Part shown: positions 36,126-50,909 of the stretch, one piece after another
How positions within the stretch are numbered: the first letter of the stretch is position 1
How the letters are laid out: each line of letters starts with the position of its first letter
From: Octopus bimaculoides
Lineage: Eukaryota
Direction: 5' to 3'
Assembly: GCF_001194135.2 (NCBI RefSeq)
Contig: NC_068986.1
Location: 10,818,252 to 10,882,251, forward strand
Length of the DNA: 64,000 nucleotides
Notes under the pieces: model-generated
Seen by the model: the letters and a program-made list of their open reading frames with translations, nothing else
Database searches by the model: none
Told to the model about the DNA's origin: nothing
Program-made: the position numbers and the translations under genes

Positions 36126-38289
36126 TCACTAATGACATCACTTTCACCAGTCTCAGAGGGGTGATGAAGCCCTGCAAAAGTTATAAATGTAGCCCTTTTC
36201 TCTTAGCTTAACATCATCAGCATTTAACATCCATCCGACCCCTACAAGCATGGGTCAGATGGGTTGACAGCATCTGGTGGGTCAGAGGACTGCATTATGC
36301 TCCTGGATTTTACTTTAGCAGAGTTGCTATGCCAACCACTTTACAGCATGTACTAGATATAGGTCTTTTGCTTTTCCCATGGTGCCAGCACTAGTGAGGT
36401 TGCCATGCTACTTTACAAGACTACAAACTTTGGGGGGGGGGGGGCAACTTCATACTCAGACACCAGGGGTTAAAACAGGAGAGATAGAACCACGGAATAA
36501 CAAGTTTCTTGCTGTGGAGGTGTTACATGGCTTCTTACATTTTAGAAGAGAGAATGGGAGTAATCAGGGTAGAAATGGGAAGAGATAAAAATAGTGGTGA
36601 CAAGATGTCTGGGTTGACTCAAGTATTGGCCTAAAACTACAGGACTGTAGAGAACGGTTATAACTGTTTCTTTTTCTTTTCCATTTTTATAGGCTTAGTT
36701 GGCAAACAGCAGGCAGCTCCTAAGACATGTTTCAGGGCCTCCATGAGGCATGAGAGGTAGTTCTCTTCAGACAGGACACCTAACATAAATGCTTGTACAC
36801 AAGGAAAGAGGAACAACCCTTTCAAGGGGCTGTTCCTTGTTCTCAATTTCACTTACAAGGATCTGGTTAACCCTAAGTTATCATAAAAGATATTTGATCT
36901 ATAGGCGCAGGTATGGCTGTGTGGTAGGAAGCTCGCTTCCCAACCATATGATTCTAGGTTCAGTCCCATTGTGTGATACCTTGGGCAAGCATCTACTATA
37001 GCCTCAGATCAACCAAAGCTTTCTGAGTTAATTTGGTAGACAGAAACTGAAAGAAGCCCATCAGATGTACGTGTGTGTGTGTGTGAGCACACACATCTGT
37101 TTGCCCCACCCCCACCACCACGGCTTGACGATCAGTGTTGTGTTTACATCCCCGTAACTTAGTGATCTGGCAAAAAGAGGCCAACAGAATCAGTACCAGG
37201 CTTTTAAAAAAAAGTAATGGGGTCAACAGATTCAATTAAAAGATTCTTCAAAGTGGTGCCCCAGCATGGCCACAGACTAATGACTAAAACAAGTAAAAAA
37301 TAAGGTTTTGCAAACAAAGACTAGCTGGCAGAAATGTTAGCATGCCAAGCAAAATGTTTTGTGGTATTTTGTCTGCCTTTACGTTCTGAGTTCAAATTCC
37401 GCCGAGGTCAACTTTGCCTTTCATCCTTTCAGGGTCGATAAATTAAGTACCAGTTGTATATTGGTGTTGATCTAATCGATTGCCCCCCCTCCCCCAAAAT
37501 TTCAGGCTTTGTACGTAGAGTAGAAAAGAATATTAGAAGACTGTAAGAAACATGACCCTCAAGAAGTGCAGCTGGTGAAATGGAGAAGATTTTAGGCTGC
37601 ATGACAAATAGTTAACAATCATTACTTGTATTGTGTTTATATCCATAAATAAATCACTTTTGTCCATTTCTTACCATGTTTCTGTTGAAATACACACACT
37701 CTTGTTTCAATTCGTTGTTAAAATAATAATTTAATAAAATATCTTTGTCGTTATTAATGATTGGAATGTAAATAAACAGGAAATTTTGATGGAGGTTTTA
37801 ATTTAGATCACTTTGAAACAGAACCAGGCGTAGTCTCAGGAAAATATCAAAGGGGTTAACTCCCATTAACCTAATCTACTTAGTTCTAAATCTATTCTAC
37901 TATAGGCACAAGGACTGAAATTTGGGGGGAAGGGGCTAGTCGATTACATCTACCCCAGTACTCAACTAGTACTTAATTTATCAAACACAAAAGGATGACA
38001 GACAAAGTTGACCTCAGCAGAATTTGAACTCAGAGCGTAGCAGCAGACAAAATATCACTAAGCATTTTACCAGGCGTGCTAACGATTCTGCCAGCTTACT
38101 GCCTTAGTTCCAAATCGGTACCATGAGTAGGTACAGAATTATGTGGATAATAAGAATCAGCCAGAAAAGATGGATTTACCTGCACAGTTATGAAGCAAAA
38201 GAAAAACAATGGAAAAGAAACAAAAATGTACAAATGAAACAAAATAAACCGGAGTAAAGATTTTTGCCAATATAACATAGCAGTCCTGG

Positions 38290-38376
38290 TTTAGGGTGAA
38301 TGTTGCTGTAATTTAGTCCCAGGAGACATTGTCTCCAAGCTATTGCGATTTCTGGGTTATTTCCCTTCATCAGCAC
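38290..38376 (+). mobile_element. Degenerate, internally deleted relative of the 33665 foldback arm
   Basis: gggtgaatgttgctgtaatttagtcccaggagacattgtctcca...gatttctgggttatttcccttc matches 33701-33855. Confidence 0.6.
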
Positions 38377-40695
38377 AGAATAATTGTTCGGTTAGGTGGC
38401 ACTGCCAAATTCCTGTTCAAAATATATAGTTTTCAAAGTGACAACTAGTCACTGATCTATATTGCTTTGAGCTGAGTGGGGGAGAGGGAGTGCTAGATTC
38501 CCTTGTTCGAAACATGGTTCTTAGAATTCAGGTTTGAGCAGTTATAAAACCCTGATTTTTGGGAAATTAATCACTGATCTTTGGTTGTCACTTGGCTCCA
38601 CAACACTCACCCTAGTGATTCACGACACTCACTCCTTTGAGATATTGGCTATTGTTATGCTATATCTATTACTTAAATCCAACAAGACTTATTTGAATTG
38701 TTGCGTAAACTCTGGTAGTTTAGTATGAAAGAATTAGCTAGTATAAATTTTATGTTGTAACTCTCTACAACAAATTGCTTTAACTTTTAAATGTACTCTA
38801 AATATTAAATGTACATTAACAAACTAATTTAGTAAATATTTTCTTTCTTCACTTTTTTCAAACTGTTAATGAAATTCATTTCTGCAACTATAAAACTGTT
38901 TTTATAGCAGTGAAAAAGAACACAAACTTATTTATCTTCGACATGGTTGGCGTTAGGAAGGGCATCCAGCTGTAGAAACTCTGCCAAATCAGATTGGAGC
39001 CTGGTGTTGCCATCCGGTTTCACCAGTCCTCAGTCAAATCGTCCAACCCATGGAAAGCGGACGTTAAACGATGATGATGATGATGATGATGATGATGATA
39101 CATATACGTTTAAGCGTCTTGATATATATATATATTTCACTATGGCGTTTGTGTAGCTTGAGATTTATGTATAGTGGTAATATTTATAATTAAGTTATAA
39201 GTGATGGGTTTATCAATATAGATTCCTACTCAAGAAATAAAATATATTTATTATCTCTTCCAAGTCAAAACCATACAAATAAGATAAAACATCCTATAAA
39301 AGTGATAAAATAGGTAAATCACCACATTATAAAAGTGGTACCCTATCAGCCGTCATAACAATCCACCATTATTTTACTACATATCCTCTCAAAATGTCAT
39401 TATTCTTAATTGTGGAAAACCGTTTTATACACTAATCTGGCTTTTGACGAGGAATGTCATGTTTAAAACTATTTTCTCTCAAGAAATGTCAAATTTATTT
39501 AGGCAATGTGACTTGCAGAAAATAACAATTCTGTCTTGGTAGATATTTAACATCGTTACTGGAATAACCATAACATTTCACTTTGCAGTTAAAGGGTTAA
39601 AGCAACATTTGTCTTTCACTTATGTTTTTGGTAGCGCACATGTTTCCATCTTCAATCCTGATCTTTCTCTCTCTGGCTGAATAACCTTGTACTTCCTCTA
39701 CAGCAAGACACCTGTATCTGTCTCACTATAACCTTTTCATCATCCAACACAAGATCACCCCCTCCAATGCCTCCTCTCCTCGTAAATTTTTTTTTTTTTG
39801 TCTTGCAAGTACTTGGTGACCCTGTCAGTGCAGGTGCCACTTAAAAGTACCCAATCCACATTGGGTGTTCGAAAGAGCATCCAGCTGTAAAAACCTTGCC
39901 AAAACTGACCTTGCCTATGCTTGTGCCACGTAAAAAGCACTGAGCCCATTCTGCTGAGCAGTTGGGGTTAGGAAGGGCACCCAGCTGAAAAATCCTGCCA
40001 AAACAGTCACAGAAGTCTGATGCAGGTTTCTGCTTGGCTGGCTCTTGTGAAATGATCCCACCCATACTAGCATAGAAAGCAGACATTAAACGATGATGAA
40101 GTTTTTATCTCAGTACATAATTATTTGGAGTTAGCTGTTCCAATGCTCCCTTCATTAAATATACTGATTTCAATTTTTGGTACAAGGCTAGCAATTCTGG
40201 GGCAGGGGATAAGCTGGTTACATCAACCCCCCCCCCCCCCAAGTGCTCAAATGATATTTATTTAATTGACCCCGAAAAGTCAATTTTGGCAGAATTTGAA
40301 CTCAGAACATAAAGAGGCTGAAATGCAGCTAAGCATTTTGCCCAGCCCACTAATGGTTCTACCAGCTCAGCATGCCTTGGTATGCATCTACTATAATAAT
40401 AATACTATTCTGTATTTCTCCATCACAACATATGAATGAGAAAGGAGGGGGTGATAGATAAATAAGGAAGGAAGGGGTGATGGCAAACTGGTGGGATGGT
40501 GAACATTCAACGTTGAAAAGAAAAATCAGACAGCGTTTCAACTCTGTGTGAGTATATGTGTGTGCATGTACAAGGGAAGTACAAGGGAATGTTTGTATGT
40601 GCAATTATAATGAACCTTATTTTGTACCTTAATTATATATAAAATACTACAAATAGCCATCATTTTTGATGCCACGGGGTCAGCTAGTATGTATG

Positions 40696-40746
<51 letters not shown>

Positions 40747-41574
40747 NNNNNNNNNNNNNNNNNNNNNNNNNNNNNNNNNNNNNNNNNNNNNNNNNNNNNN
40801 NNNNNNNNNNNNNNNNNNNNNNNNNNNNNNNNNNNNNNNNNNNNNNNNNNNNNNNNNNNNNNNNNNNNNNNNNNNNNNNNNNNNNNNNNNNNNNNNNNNN
40901 NNNNNNNNNNNNNNNNNNNNNNNNNNNNNNNNNNNNNNNNNNNNNNNNNNNNNNNNNNNNNNNNNNNNNNNNNNNNNNNNNNNNNNNNNNNNNNNNNNNN
41001 NNNNNNNNNNNNNNNNNNNNNNNNNNNNNNNNNNNNNNNNNNNNNNNNNNNNNNNNNNNNNNNNNNNNNNNNNNNNNNNNNNNNNNNNNNNNNNNNNNNN
41101 NNNNNNNNNNNNNNNNNNNNNNNNNNNNNNNNNNNNNNNNNNNNNNNNNNNNNNNNNNNNNNNNNNNNNNNNNNNNNNNNNNNNNNNNNNNNNNNNNNNN
41201 NNNNNNNNNNNNNNNNNNNNNNNNNNNNNNNNNNNNNNNNNNNNNNNNNNNNNNNNNNNNNNNNNNNNNNNNNNNNNNNNNNNNNNNNNNNNNNNNNNNN
41301 NNNNNNNNNNNNNNNNNNNNNNNNNNNNNNNNNNNNNNNNNNNNNNNNNNNNNNNNNNNNNNNNNNNNNNNNNNNNNNNNNNNNNNNNNNNNNNNNNNNN
41401 NNNNNNNNNNNAAAGAGTAACAACAACAACAACAAAGTTCATTAAATGTCACACACTATACTTTATGAATGAAAGATTAACTGGGATAAAGAAATTGAAA
41501 AGGAGAAAAAACACAGCTGGAGGTAAATAATGGAAAAATAAATAACATCTTGGTGAAATTAAATAAAATGTTTA

Positions 41575-42120
41575 AATTTTCCATGCTGGCATGGGTTGGA
41601 TGGTTTGACTGAGGACTGGCAAGCCAAGAGGCTGTACCAGGCTCCAGTCTGATCTAGCAAGGTTTCTACAGCTTGATGCCCTTCCTAACACCAACCATTC
41701 CGACAGTGTAGTGGGTGCTTTATGTTCCACTGGCACAGGAGCCAGTCAGACGGTACCAGCATCGATCACACTCGAATGGTGCTTTTTACGTGCTACCTGC
41801 ACAGGAGCCAGTCCGGTGGGACTGGCATTGACCATGCTTGAATAATGGTTTTTATGTGCCACTGGCACGGGAGCCAATCAAGCAGTACTGGCATCGACCA
41901 CACTCGAATGGTGCTTTTAACATGCCACTGGCACGGGTGCCAGTCAGGCAGTACTGGCATCAACCACACTCGAATGGTGCTTTTAACATGCCACTGGCAC
42001 GGGTGCCAGTCAGGCAGTACTGGCATCAACCACGACAATGATTTCACTTGACTCAACAGGTCTTCTCAAGCACAGCACATTGTCCAATGATTGAAGGCTA
42101 CTCTTAGATGGGCCAGTTTT
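41575..42120 (-). mobile_element. RTE 3'UTR fragment with five ~66-nt tandem units
   Basis: 42045-42120 matches 54310-54380; array at 41722-42032; tail at 41575-41610. Confidence 0.8.
41722..42032. repeat. 66-nt VNTR inside the RTE 3'UTR
   Basis: Unit ATGCCACTGGCACGGGTGCCAGTCAGGCAGTACTGGCATCAACCACACTCGAATGGTGCTTTTAAC starts at 41922 and 41988; diverged units upstream. Confidence 0.9.
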
Positions 42121-42512
42121 TCCCCTCTTCCATCTGTTTCTTCTCGGCCCCTGCAACTATTGATATCTCTCTTTTTTCAGTTGCTCTTGTTAATGTACCC
42201 TTGTCATGTTGGTCATCTATTTCCCTGACCCCTACACCACAAATCTATCCCTTTGTCTCTCCATTTACTTCTCAACATTTATATTCATTTACCTATGTTA
42301 TCCACTCCACAATACCATTCTACTGCAACCATTTGCTCAAACCTTAACTATCCATCTATTTCTTTTATAAACCAACAAAGCTGCTAGCATGGCTGTATGG
42401 TAAAAAGTCAGTCCCACTGCATGGTGCCTTTGGCAAGTGTCGTATACCTTAGTCTCGGGCTAACCAAAGCCTTGTGAGCAGATTTGGTAGACGGAAACTG
42501 AAAGAAGCCTAG

Positions 42513-42905
42513 GCGTGGCTGTGTGGTAAGAAGCTTGCTTCCGAAACACATGGTTCTGGGTTCAGTCCCACTGCGTCCCACCATGAGCAAGTGTCTTCTA
42601 CTATAGCCTTGAACTGACCAAAGTCTTGTCAGTGGATTTGGTAGACGGAAACTGAAAGAAGCCTGTCATACGGATGTTAAACGATGATGATGATGATGAT
42701 GTGTATATGTCTGTGTATCCGTGTTTGTCCCCACCGCCATCGCTTGACAACCAATGTTGGCATGTTTACATCCCCGTAACTTAGCGGTTCAGCAAAAGAC
42801 TGATAGAATAAGTACTAGGCTTGCAAAAAATGAATCCTGGCGCCAATTCGTTCGACTAAAGGCAGTGCTCCAGCATGGCCGCAGTCAAATGACTGAAAGA
42901 AGTAG
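42513..42905 (+). mobile_element. tRNA-derived SINE family A with 3' module 2a
   Basis: A box TGGCTGTGTGG, B-like GGTTCAGTCCC, GAGTGGATTTGGTAGACGGAAACTGAAAGAAGCC-type core, then TTGACAACC..TCCCCGTAACTTAGC..CAGCATGGCCGCAGTC. Preceded by a second head (42385-42510). Confidence 0.85.
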
Positions 42906-43437
42906 AAGAATGTGTGTGTGTGTGAGTGTGTGTATCCCATCCCTCCACTGCTTGACAACCAGTGTTGGTGTTTTTACATCCCCCGCAACACCAGTTTGGC
43001 AACAGGGACCAATAGAATGAGTAACAGGTTTAAAAGAATAAGTACAGGGAGGGGGGGGGCGATTCGTTCAACTAAAATACAAGGGCAGTGCCCCAGCATG
43101 GCCAGAGTCTAATGACCAAAGCAATTAAAAGAGATTATATCTATCCAACTCACCAATCTATATCATCTACCTTACCTGCAAAACTATTTCTGTATTGGAT
43201 CAGTGTTTTTTTTATTATTTTTATCAAATCTTATTTCTTTTTTTTTCCTTTTCTTTTCTTTTCTTGCTCCATTTTTTTTTTACGTTTATTCATTTCTTTA
43301 TTTCTCTATTGTTTTCTCTTTTTTGCTGCTCCACCCCCTCATCCCCTCCCTCCATTATACTATTGTCAAATCTGTAACACTAATTAACAAGCTCTTGAAT
43401 GACAAAACAGTGATGATATACAAAGATAAGTCATTCT

Positions 43438-43476
<39 letters not shown>

Positions 43477-43876
43477 ACTCACACACACAGTTTCGTGACT
43501 GCTAATGGAAGCGAGGGAGAGTTTTATTATTTAGGTTGCAAGATTTTCCATTTGATAAAGTGATTTCGGATTCATTGTGTAAAACAAGAACAGATTAGTT
43601 AGGTACAATGTACAGACTTTAAAAAAAAAAAAAAAATCTCATTCCATCAAGCAACAACCGACTTCGTTAAGAATGCTTTTATAGAGACAACACTTTTAGG
43701 ATAATGTAAGACCTTTGCAAAAAGAGGACATCTGTTGCAAAATAATAAAATAAAGAGGAAAATCCTGAGTGCTACAACATTTGTGTTTAAGTCTCTGTCA
43801 CAGAAAACAAATTTCAAGTAAAAGTTTGGCAAGCTGATGCCATGATGTAGTTTCAATCCTGGGCAAAAACCATTCA

Positions 43877-44099
43877 CCCTTTTGTTACCAACCTGGCTGA
43901 AACCACCTCTGATTCTGTAGTACACATGTCTTGTTTTCATAGGTTTTGAATTAAAATCTTCCACCAAATCTTAGTCACAATTTATGTTCCTAACACTAGC
44001 TTAATGATAACTTAAGTTATTTTACTAAATTCTTTGTTGTATTTAAAATTAATTGAAAGAAACACAGAACATCTCAACAGAAATATAGTAACAAAAGGG
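43877..44099 (-). mobile_element. TTAA-flanked MITE, family P2
   Basis: TTCA|CCCTTTTGTTACC ... GTAACAAAAGGG|TTAA; reverse complement of 21287-21507. Confidence 0.75.
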
Positions 44100-45823
44100 T
44101 TAAATTGGTTTAACCCTTTTTCTCACTATTTTTCTAGTTTCTCTCTTTTCAGCTCTACTCTGACCATTCACTCCTTCTAAAATGAAAATAACCAAGTGAC
44201 TCCTCTACAGCAAGACTCTTGTTCTGCTCTGCACCCTTCGCTCATATTTCAATCTCTCATCTGCTAGCATAAAGCTACTCTCCCCCTTGGGCTCCACAGT
44301 CCTGCAAGCTGAATAACAACTCAACTAGTTCTAGTGGCACAAAAAAAAAAATACCCAGTAAATGCTGTAAAATGGTTGGGACCAGGAAGAGCATCCAGCC
44401 TTAGAAATTATACCAAAACAGACGCCTAAGTATGGTGTGGTCTGCAGACCCATCAGATCCTGAGAAAGTGTCCAATCCAAGCCAGTGTGGAATACAGATG
44501 GTAAATGATGATGATTTCTGTTGGAATGCACTGCCTGGTTGCAATTATTTTTTTCAAAATAAATGAAGAATTTAGAAAAATAACTCATCTCTGCTGGTGT
44601 TTGGAAACAAATTAACATGAAACTTTGATGGAAGGTTTTCATTAAGATTACTTTAAAACAGGGAGTTTCTATCAGAACAAAGGGCAGTTCCAGACAGGTT
44701 TTCTATTAAAAGGATGGAACTAAATTCTGGTATTCTACAGTGTCTGCTACTGTAATGCAGATTAATAAGAATTTATAAAAAAATAAACTGGAATAAACTA
44801 AAGGGGGATAAGGGTACAAAGATTCCATTTAATTGACACCAGTGTATTACTGTGATATACTTCATTGATGCTCAAAAAAAAAAATGAGAGACAAAGTGGG
44901 CTGAAGCTAGATTTGAACTCAGACCCACAGCTATGCAACTGAAAATATGTTCTTTTAGGCTTTTTGGCCAAACACTCAACCATTTGTGCCATTCGCACTA
45001 GCAAATAATAATAATCCTTTCTGGTTTCAAATTTTAGGCAATTTCAGGAAAGGGGTCAACTGAATTACATCGAGGGGCTCAAATGGTATTTTAATGTCTT
45101 TGAAAGGAAATTAGAATGGAAAGAACCAGAAGAAATGTTGCTAAGCATTTGGTCCAGTGAGGTAACAATTCTGCCAACACACTACCTTAATAACATTAAT
45201 AATAATAAAAATAATACAACCTTTATTCAGGGAACTTTTGGGTGTGATGGGCAAGTTGACCTGAAGAAAATTCTAACTGGGCCCCCACCTGCAAGATCAT
45301 GTACTGTTAATCTTGATATGAGATGACCATGTTGCGCACATATGGTTGTGATGCATGTGCCTGGTGTCCCCTTATCAGACGGGTAGTCATGATGGGTATA
45401 CTGGGCTTCGTATATTTTACCCCAGTGTCACTTTGATGGCATGCACAGCTCTCTCACTCAATAGTAATAATAATAGTCCTTTCTACTAGAGGCACTAGGC
45501 CTTAAATTTGGGGGGGGGGGGAATAGTCAATTACATCAACCCTTGACCACAAAGGATTTACATGAAGGAAAACATTATGGATGGTACAGGACAAAACACA
45601 GAATGTGTGTGTGTGAGAGAGAGAGAGAGATAGAGGGAGAGAGAGAGAGAGAGAAAATGAGAAAAATAATTTTAATACAATAAAATTTATTTACATATTC
45701 TACATGAAGTTATTTTTGGTGGTTAACTGTCACACTTGTTAGGTCAAAGATAACAATACCCCTTCCCTACTCCACTTCACACATGCACAAATATGTTCTT
45801 CCTGTCACAGACTACTACTACTA

Positions 45824-45866
<43 letters not shown>

Positions 45867-46087
45867 GCTGAGAGACATAAGGCTGATTCAAAGCATGACA
45901 CATAGGCTGCTGACATGCAATATCCTGTACCAGTGCAGGAGTCCCAAATTCCAGCCACACAGAGGAGGATAAGGTGATACTTGCCAGACATTGAGTCAGA
46001 CTCTCAGTCCATTCCCAAACTGAGAGCCCCCCCCCACCTCTCTCTCTCTCACTTTAAACGTCAGAACATCAAGGTCAACAGATTTAA

Positions 46088-46307
46088 CCCTTTAGCATTC
46101 AGATTTCTTAGACAAATGTAATGCTTATTCCTCCACATTGTTTTGAACTGATCACACATTATCTCACAGCAATGAGATTTTAAAGATGTGATTGTTTATT
46201 TTTAGAATGAGATTGTAGGATAGGTATGAGAGGCTGAATCTGGCCAGTTTCAGCATAAAACAGATGGACTACCTGGGCCATATCTGGTCAGTTTAAAAGC
46301 TAAAGGG
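46088..46307 (+). mobile_element. TTAA-flanked MITE, family P1
   Basis: TTAA|CCCTTTAGCATTC ... GCTAAAGGG|TTCA. Confidence 0.75.
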
Positions 46308-48534
46308 TTCAATTCAAAACATCAAGGTAAGCAAGTGTTGCTGACCATTCTCTGTGATAGTGCCATTGCAGTCATGTCTACAGGGCGCAGCTAAATACAC
46401 CATTCTTTCTGGAGTGTCCTTCCTCTCCCCTCCTTCTGCTTAATCCCACCTTTTAATTTTATTTTTCTTTGTTTTCATGTAATTAAATTGTGACTCAATC
46501 TCTATAAATAAAACTAGTTTTTAATTAAAAACAAAAACTGATTTAAACACTAATCAGTTCTTGAACAAATCTTTAATCTATCAAGCCCCAAAAACCTGGT
46601 TTGATTGTCTTTTTTTTTTGGGGGGGGGGTGATTTTTGAAGGGGAAGGCCAATGATTATGGGCTTCTGGCTATCCAAAACAGCAGAACCGAGATGATCAC
46701 CCCAGAAGAATACTGGACAACCAGCAGAGGTCGATATTTTGTGGGCTGCTGCCATCAACGCTTGGTTTAGTCATCTCTAGATCCTACAGCCCCTATGAGA
46801 AAATGGTCGAGGGATTACTGCTATTAACTTTTTTATCTTTTACTTGTTTCAGTCATTAAGCTGTGGCCATACCGGGGCACTACCTTTAAGAATTTTAGCT
46901 GAATGAATCTTTATTTTAAGCTGGGTACTTATCCACTAACAAGGATTTGGTCGACCCAAGGTTGTAATAGAAGACACTTGCCCAAGGTGCCACACACAAT
47001 GAGACTGAACCCAAAACCATGTGGTTGGGAAGCAAGCTTCTAACCTCATGCCTGCATCTATTTATTGTTATAACCAAAACAGAACAAAGACTTAATGTAG
47101 CAGATAGCAATGTGGTTCATGAAAGGCTTCCAGTTCTTTAAAGTAATTAAACTAATTAATACTTGTTGGAATAATTGTTAACTTTTAGTGTTATGTGAAT
47201 CATAACAGTCAAATTAGAAATATGAATGAATCATCTTGTGGCTAATTACATTAAAAGGACGCCATCATCATCATCATCATCACTGTATTAATGCCCACTT
47301 TTCCATGCTTGCATGGGTCAGATAAAGTTTGAGGCATATTTTCTACAGCCAGATGCCTTTCCTGTCACCAACCCTCACCTGTTTTCAAGCAAGGTGTAAA
47401 TGATTTCCAATGGGTTAATACCATTTTCACAGAAGACTGGAAACGAGCAACCTCATTCAAAACCTTGTGAACAGATTTGATACATGGAAACTGAAAGCTT
47501 GCGTGCATGTGTGTGAATGCATGTATGTGAATGCATGTGTGTGCATCTGTATGCATATCTGTATGTGCATGTATGCATATGCTTGCATATGTATGTGCAT
47601 AAATGTACATTCCCACGTGCATCTACATGCATGCATATATGCATGTGTGTGAGTGTGTACTTTATCTCGACATTGTGATGATTGTAAACGAGCACCACTG
47701 TCACATAAGTGATGTTTCTTTCCAGTCTTCCATCAGAAACCTGTTTGGCCATGGGGAAGCATTACCTTCTGCTTGGGAACAGGTGAGGGTTTGCAACAGG
47801 AAAGGCATCTCACTATAGAAAACCTGCGTCAATAAATTCTCTCTGACCCATTCAAGCATGGAAAAGTGGTCCTCAAACGATGAGGAGGAGGAGGAGGAGG
47901 AGGAGGAGCAGACAAAGAAGAGTTTCTTTCATTCAGACATTAAGAACAAGTTCATCAGTGAGGATGAGGAAGATGTAGGGGTGGTTGGGAGGAGGGATAG
48001 AGAGTGGTGATGGTCCAGGGGGGAAGGGGGGTAGTAGCTATTTCTATGGAGACAGGGAAGTGAGGGCTGCATCAATGATTACGGGCTATATTTATCACAA
48101 CTCATACAGCTTCGACTACAGACAAGAGTTTCCATGGAGAATTATGACCAGTAACTATGGAAACCTCCAGACAATGTGAAACAACAAAGCCAACTGGGGG
48201 ATTAAACAGATAAGGTGCTGTAAGCTGATTGCTTGAGAAGATAGACATTTAGTGAATGACACACCTGTGTAAAACACACCTAGGAAATATACATTCATTG
48301 ACAAGGTCACCATTTTCACACCCACATTTCCATGCTTGCATAAGTTAGAATTCATTAAAGCAGACTTTCAATTGCCGGACGCCCTTCTTGTTGGCAAACC
48401 TTAACCGTTTCCAAGTGAGACAATATTTCCTCATGGCCTGATACATTCTTTGCAGGAAACTGAAAATGATCAATGCCTGTTTACAACCATCACGATGTGA
48501 AAACAAGGACACATGTGTATGTGTGTGCATACTG

Positions 48535-48783
48535 GGCTTCTTTCAGTTTATTTCTTTACTGCCCACAAGGGGCTACACACAGAAGGGACAAACAAGGACA
48601 GACAAACGGATTAAGTCGATTATATCGACCCCAGTGCATAACTGGTACTTATTTAATCGACCCCGAAAGGATGAAAGACAAAGTCGACCTCAGCAGAATT
48701 TGAACTCAGAACGTAAAGACAGATGAAAAACTGCTAAGTATTTCGCCCGGCATGTTAACAATTCTGCCAGCCCGCCACCTTTG
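48535..48783 (-). mobile_element. SINE family B, full-length
   Basis: Same body. Other copies at about 10918-11127(-), 11810-12000(-), 14905-15120(-), 23885-24075(+), 25498-25695(+), 37322-37530(+), 37895-38105(-), 40170-40380(-), 45015-45190(-), 55325-55540(-), 61698-61912(+). Confidence 0.85.
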
Positions 48784-49283
48784 CTTAAGAATATATATTC
48801 ATACACTAAGCTATGCTCTCTCTCTCTCTCTCTCATATATTCATGTGCGTGTGTGTATGTATATATGTTTTACTTGTTTCACTCATTAGACCGTGGCCAT
48901 GCTGGATCAAATGATTGAACCCCTCCCCAGTACCTTTTTTTTTTAAAGTCTAGTACTTATTGTATCGGTTACTTTTGCTAAACCACAAACCTATGGGGAC
49001 GTAAACATACCAACATCGGTTATCAAGTGGTGGGCAAGGGGAACAAACATACACATATATATACGCATACACAACAGGTTCCTTTCAGTTTCCATCAATC
49101 AAATCCACTGACAAGGGACAGAAAGATTTGCCCAAGGTGCCGCACAGTGGAACTGAACCTGGAACCATGTGGTTGGGAATGGAGCTTCTTACCACACAGC
49201 CACACCTGTGCCTATATGTAACATTCCAACGAAACACAAATACACTTTTTTACTTGTGTGTGTGATTGTGTTTGCCTGTATAT

Positions 49284-49325
<42 letters not shown>

Positions 49326-49946
49326 CAGGCTTCCATCCAAGTCCATTCTAAAAACTATACACCATGCAACTCCATTGCGGACCAAACATCATCTATTAGG
49401 TTCTGCACTAATCAAGAATGAAATCAATAAGAACAAAAGACAGCAAGCACATTGGTAAGCAACCAAACTTACCGAAGCCGCAACAGATTAAAAACAACAA
49501 CACCAACAACAAAAACAAGCTGCACTAACACTATGTTCCACCTGTTTCCTTTGATGACAACACAATACCATCTCCTCTTTTCTATTCACAAAACCTGGCT
49601 GCATCCCAACACATTTGGTTAAAACTATCTGCTTGCTGCACAACTGCACATGCAATATTCATTGACTTCAGATGTTTATATGCCATGACCTGCATAACCT
49701 GTGTAATAAGCTCTATGCCCCAACTTCAACCTGTACACACACACAAACACACATACATACATATAGACACACCACAACTTGGCAATGTCAAAGAAGCAAT
49801 GCCAAAGCTGACATTTTGAGCTTCAGGTAGCCCTTGGGCTCACTGGATCCTGTCAAACCATCCAACCCATGCCAGCATGGAAAAACAGACATTACATTGT
49901 TACACATTTACATACAGAGGCATATACATGTGTGTGTGTGTGTAGA

Positions 49947-49998
<52 letters not shown>

Positions 49999-50871
49999 TG
50001 TGTGTGCGCGCATACACACAAACATACACAAATACAAATATATATATATTTCATTATCGTTATTGTCATTTAACGTCCGCTTTCCATGCGGGTATGGGTT
50101 GGACGGTTTGACTGAGGGCTGGCGAGCCAGAAGCCTGCACCAGGCTCCAATCTGATCTGGCACGGTTTCTACAGTTGGATGCCCTTCCTGGCACCAACCA
50201 CTCAGAGAGTGTAGTGGGTGCTTTTTACATACCACCAGCACAGGAGCCAGCCAGGCAGCACTGGCATCGACCACGCTCGAATGGTGCTTTTTATGTGCCA
50301 CCATCACTTACACATATGTACTTATATACACACACAACCACAGACTTTTGGGCAATTTTTGACTAGATGGGTGGATAGACTGACAAGGAGAGGGATGGAT
50401 GGATAGATGGATGGATAACGAGAAAGAGAGGACATTCAATTAGCTGAATCACATCCACACTACAACACCAGGATATGACAATAACATCTCTCACAAAACG
50501 CTTTGGCTCTAATAGTCAACAGTAATATAATATAATATCGTGTTGTTTCCATTGTAGGCCAAACTTCTACAGAAAGCCACATAGACAGACACTGACTGTT
50601 GTAAGACACCACTTCTTCACTGGTACCAGCTGAGTCAGAGAAGAACAGTTGACTAATGGTTTTCCCACCATAACCACCCACCACCCACTCACCACTTTTC
50701 TAGACAATACAACAGGAATTGTGTGTTTAAGAAGTGCCAACGGAAGTGGCCCATCAAATGGAAAGAAACAATAGTCTTTGATTTTCTCCTCTATAATGAT
50801 GGATGATGTGCTGCATGTGCGTTTAGGCGTGTGAATGTGTATGTGTGCATATGTGTGTGTATGTGTATATA

Positions 50872-50909
<38 letters not shown>

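Noticed and set aside
41722-42032. CRISPR-like or repeat-protein interpretation of the 66-nt array
   Set aside because: The units are contiguous with no unique spacers, lie in a eukaryotic retroelement 3'UTR, and are open in several frames only because 66 is divisible by 3.
47880-48060. G-rich tract as a functional G-quadruplex
   Set aside because: G-runs are irregularly spaced and adjoin a (GAG)n repeat tail; nothing beyond composition supports it.
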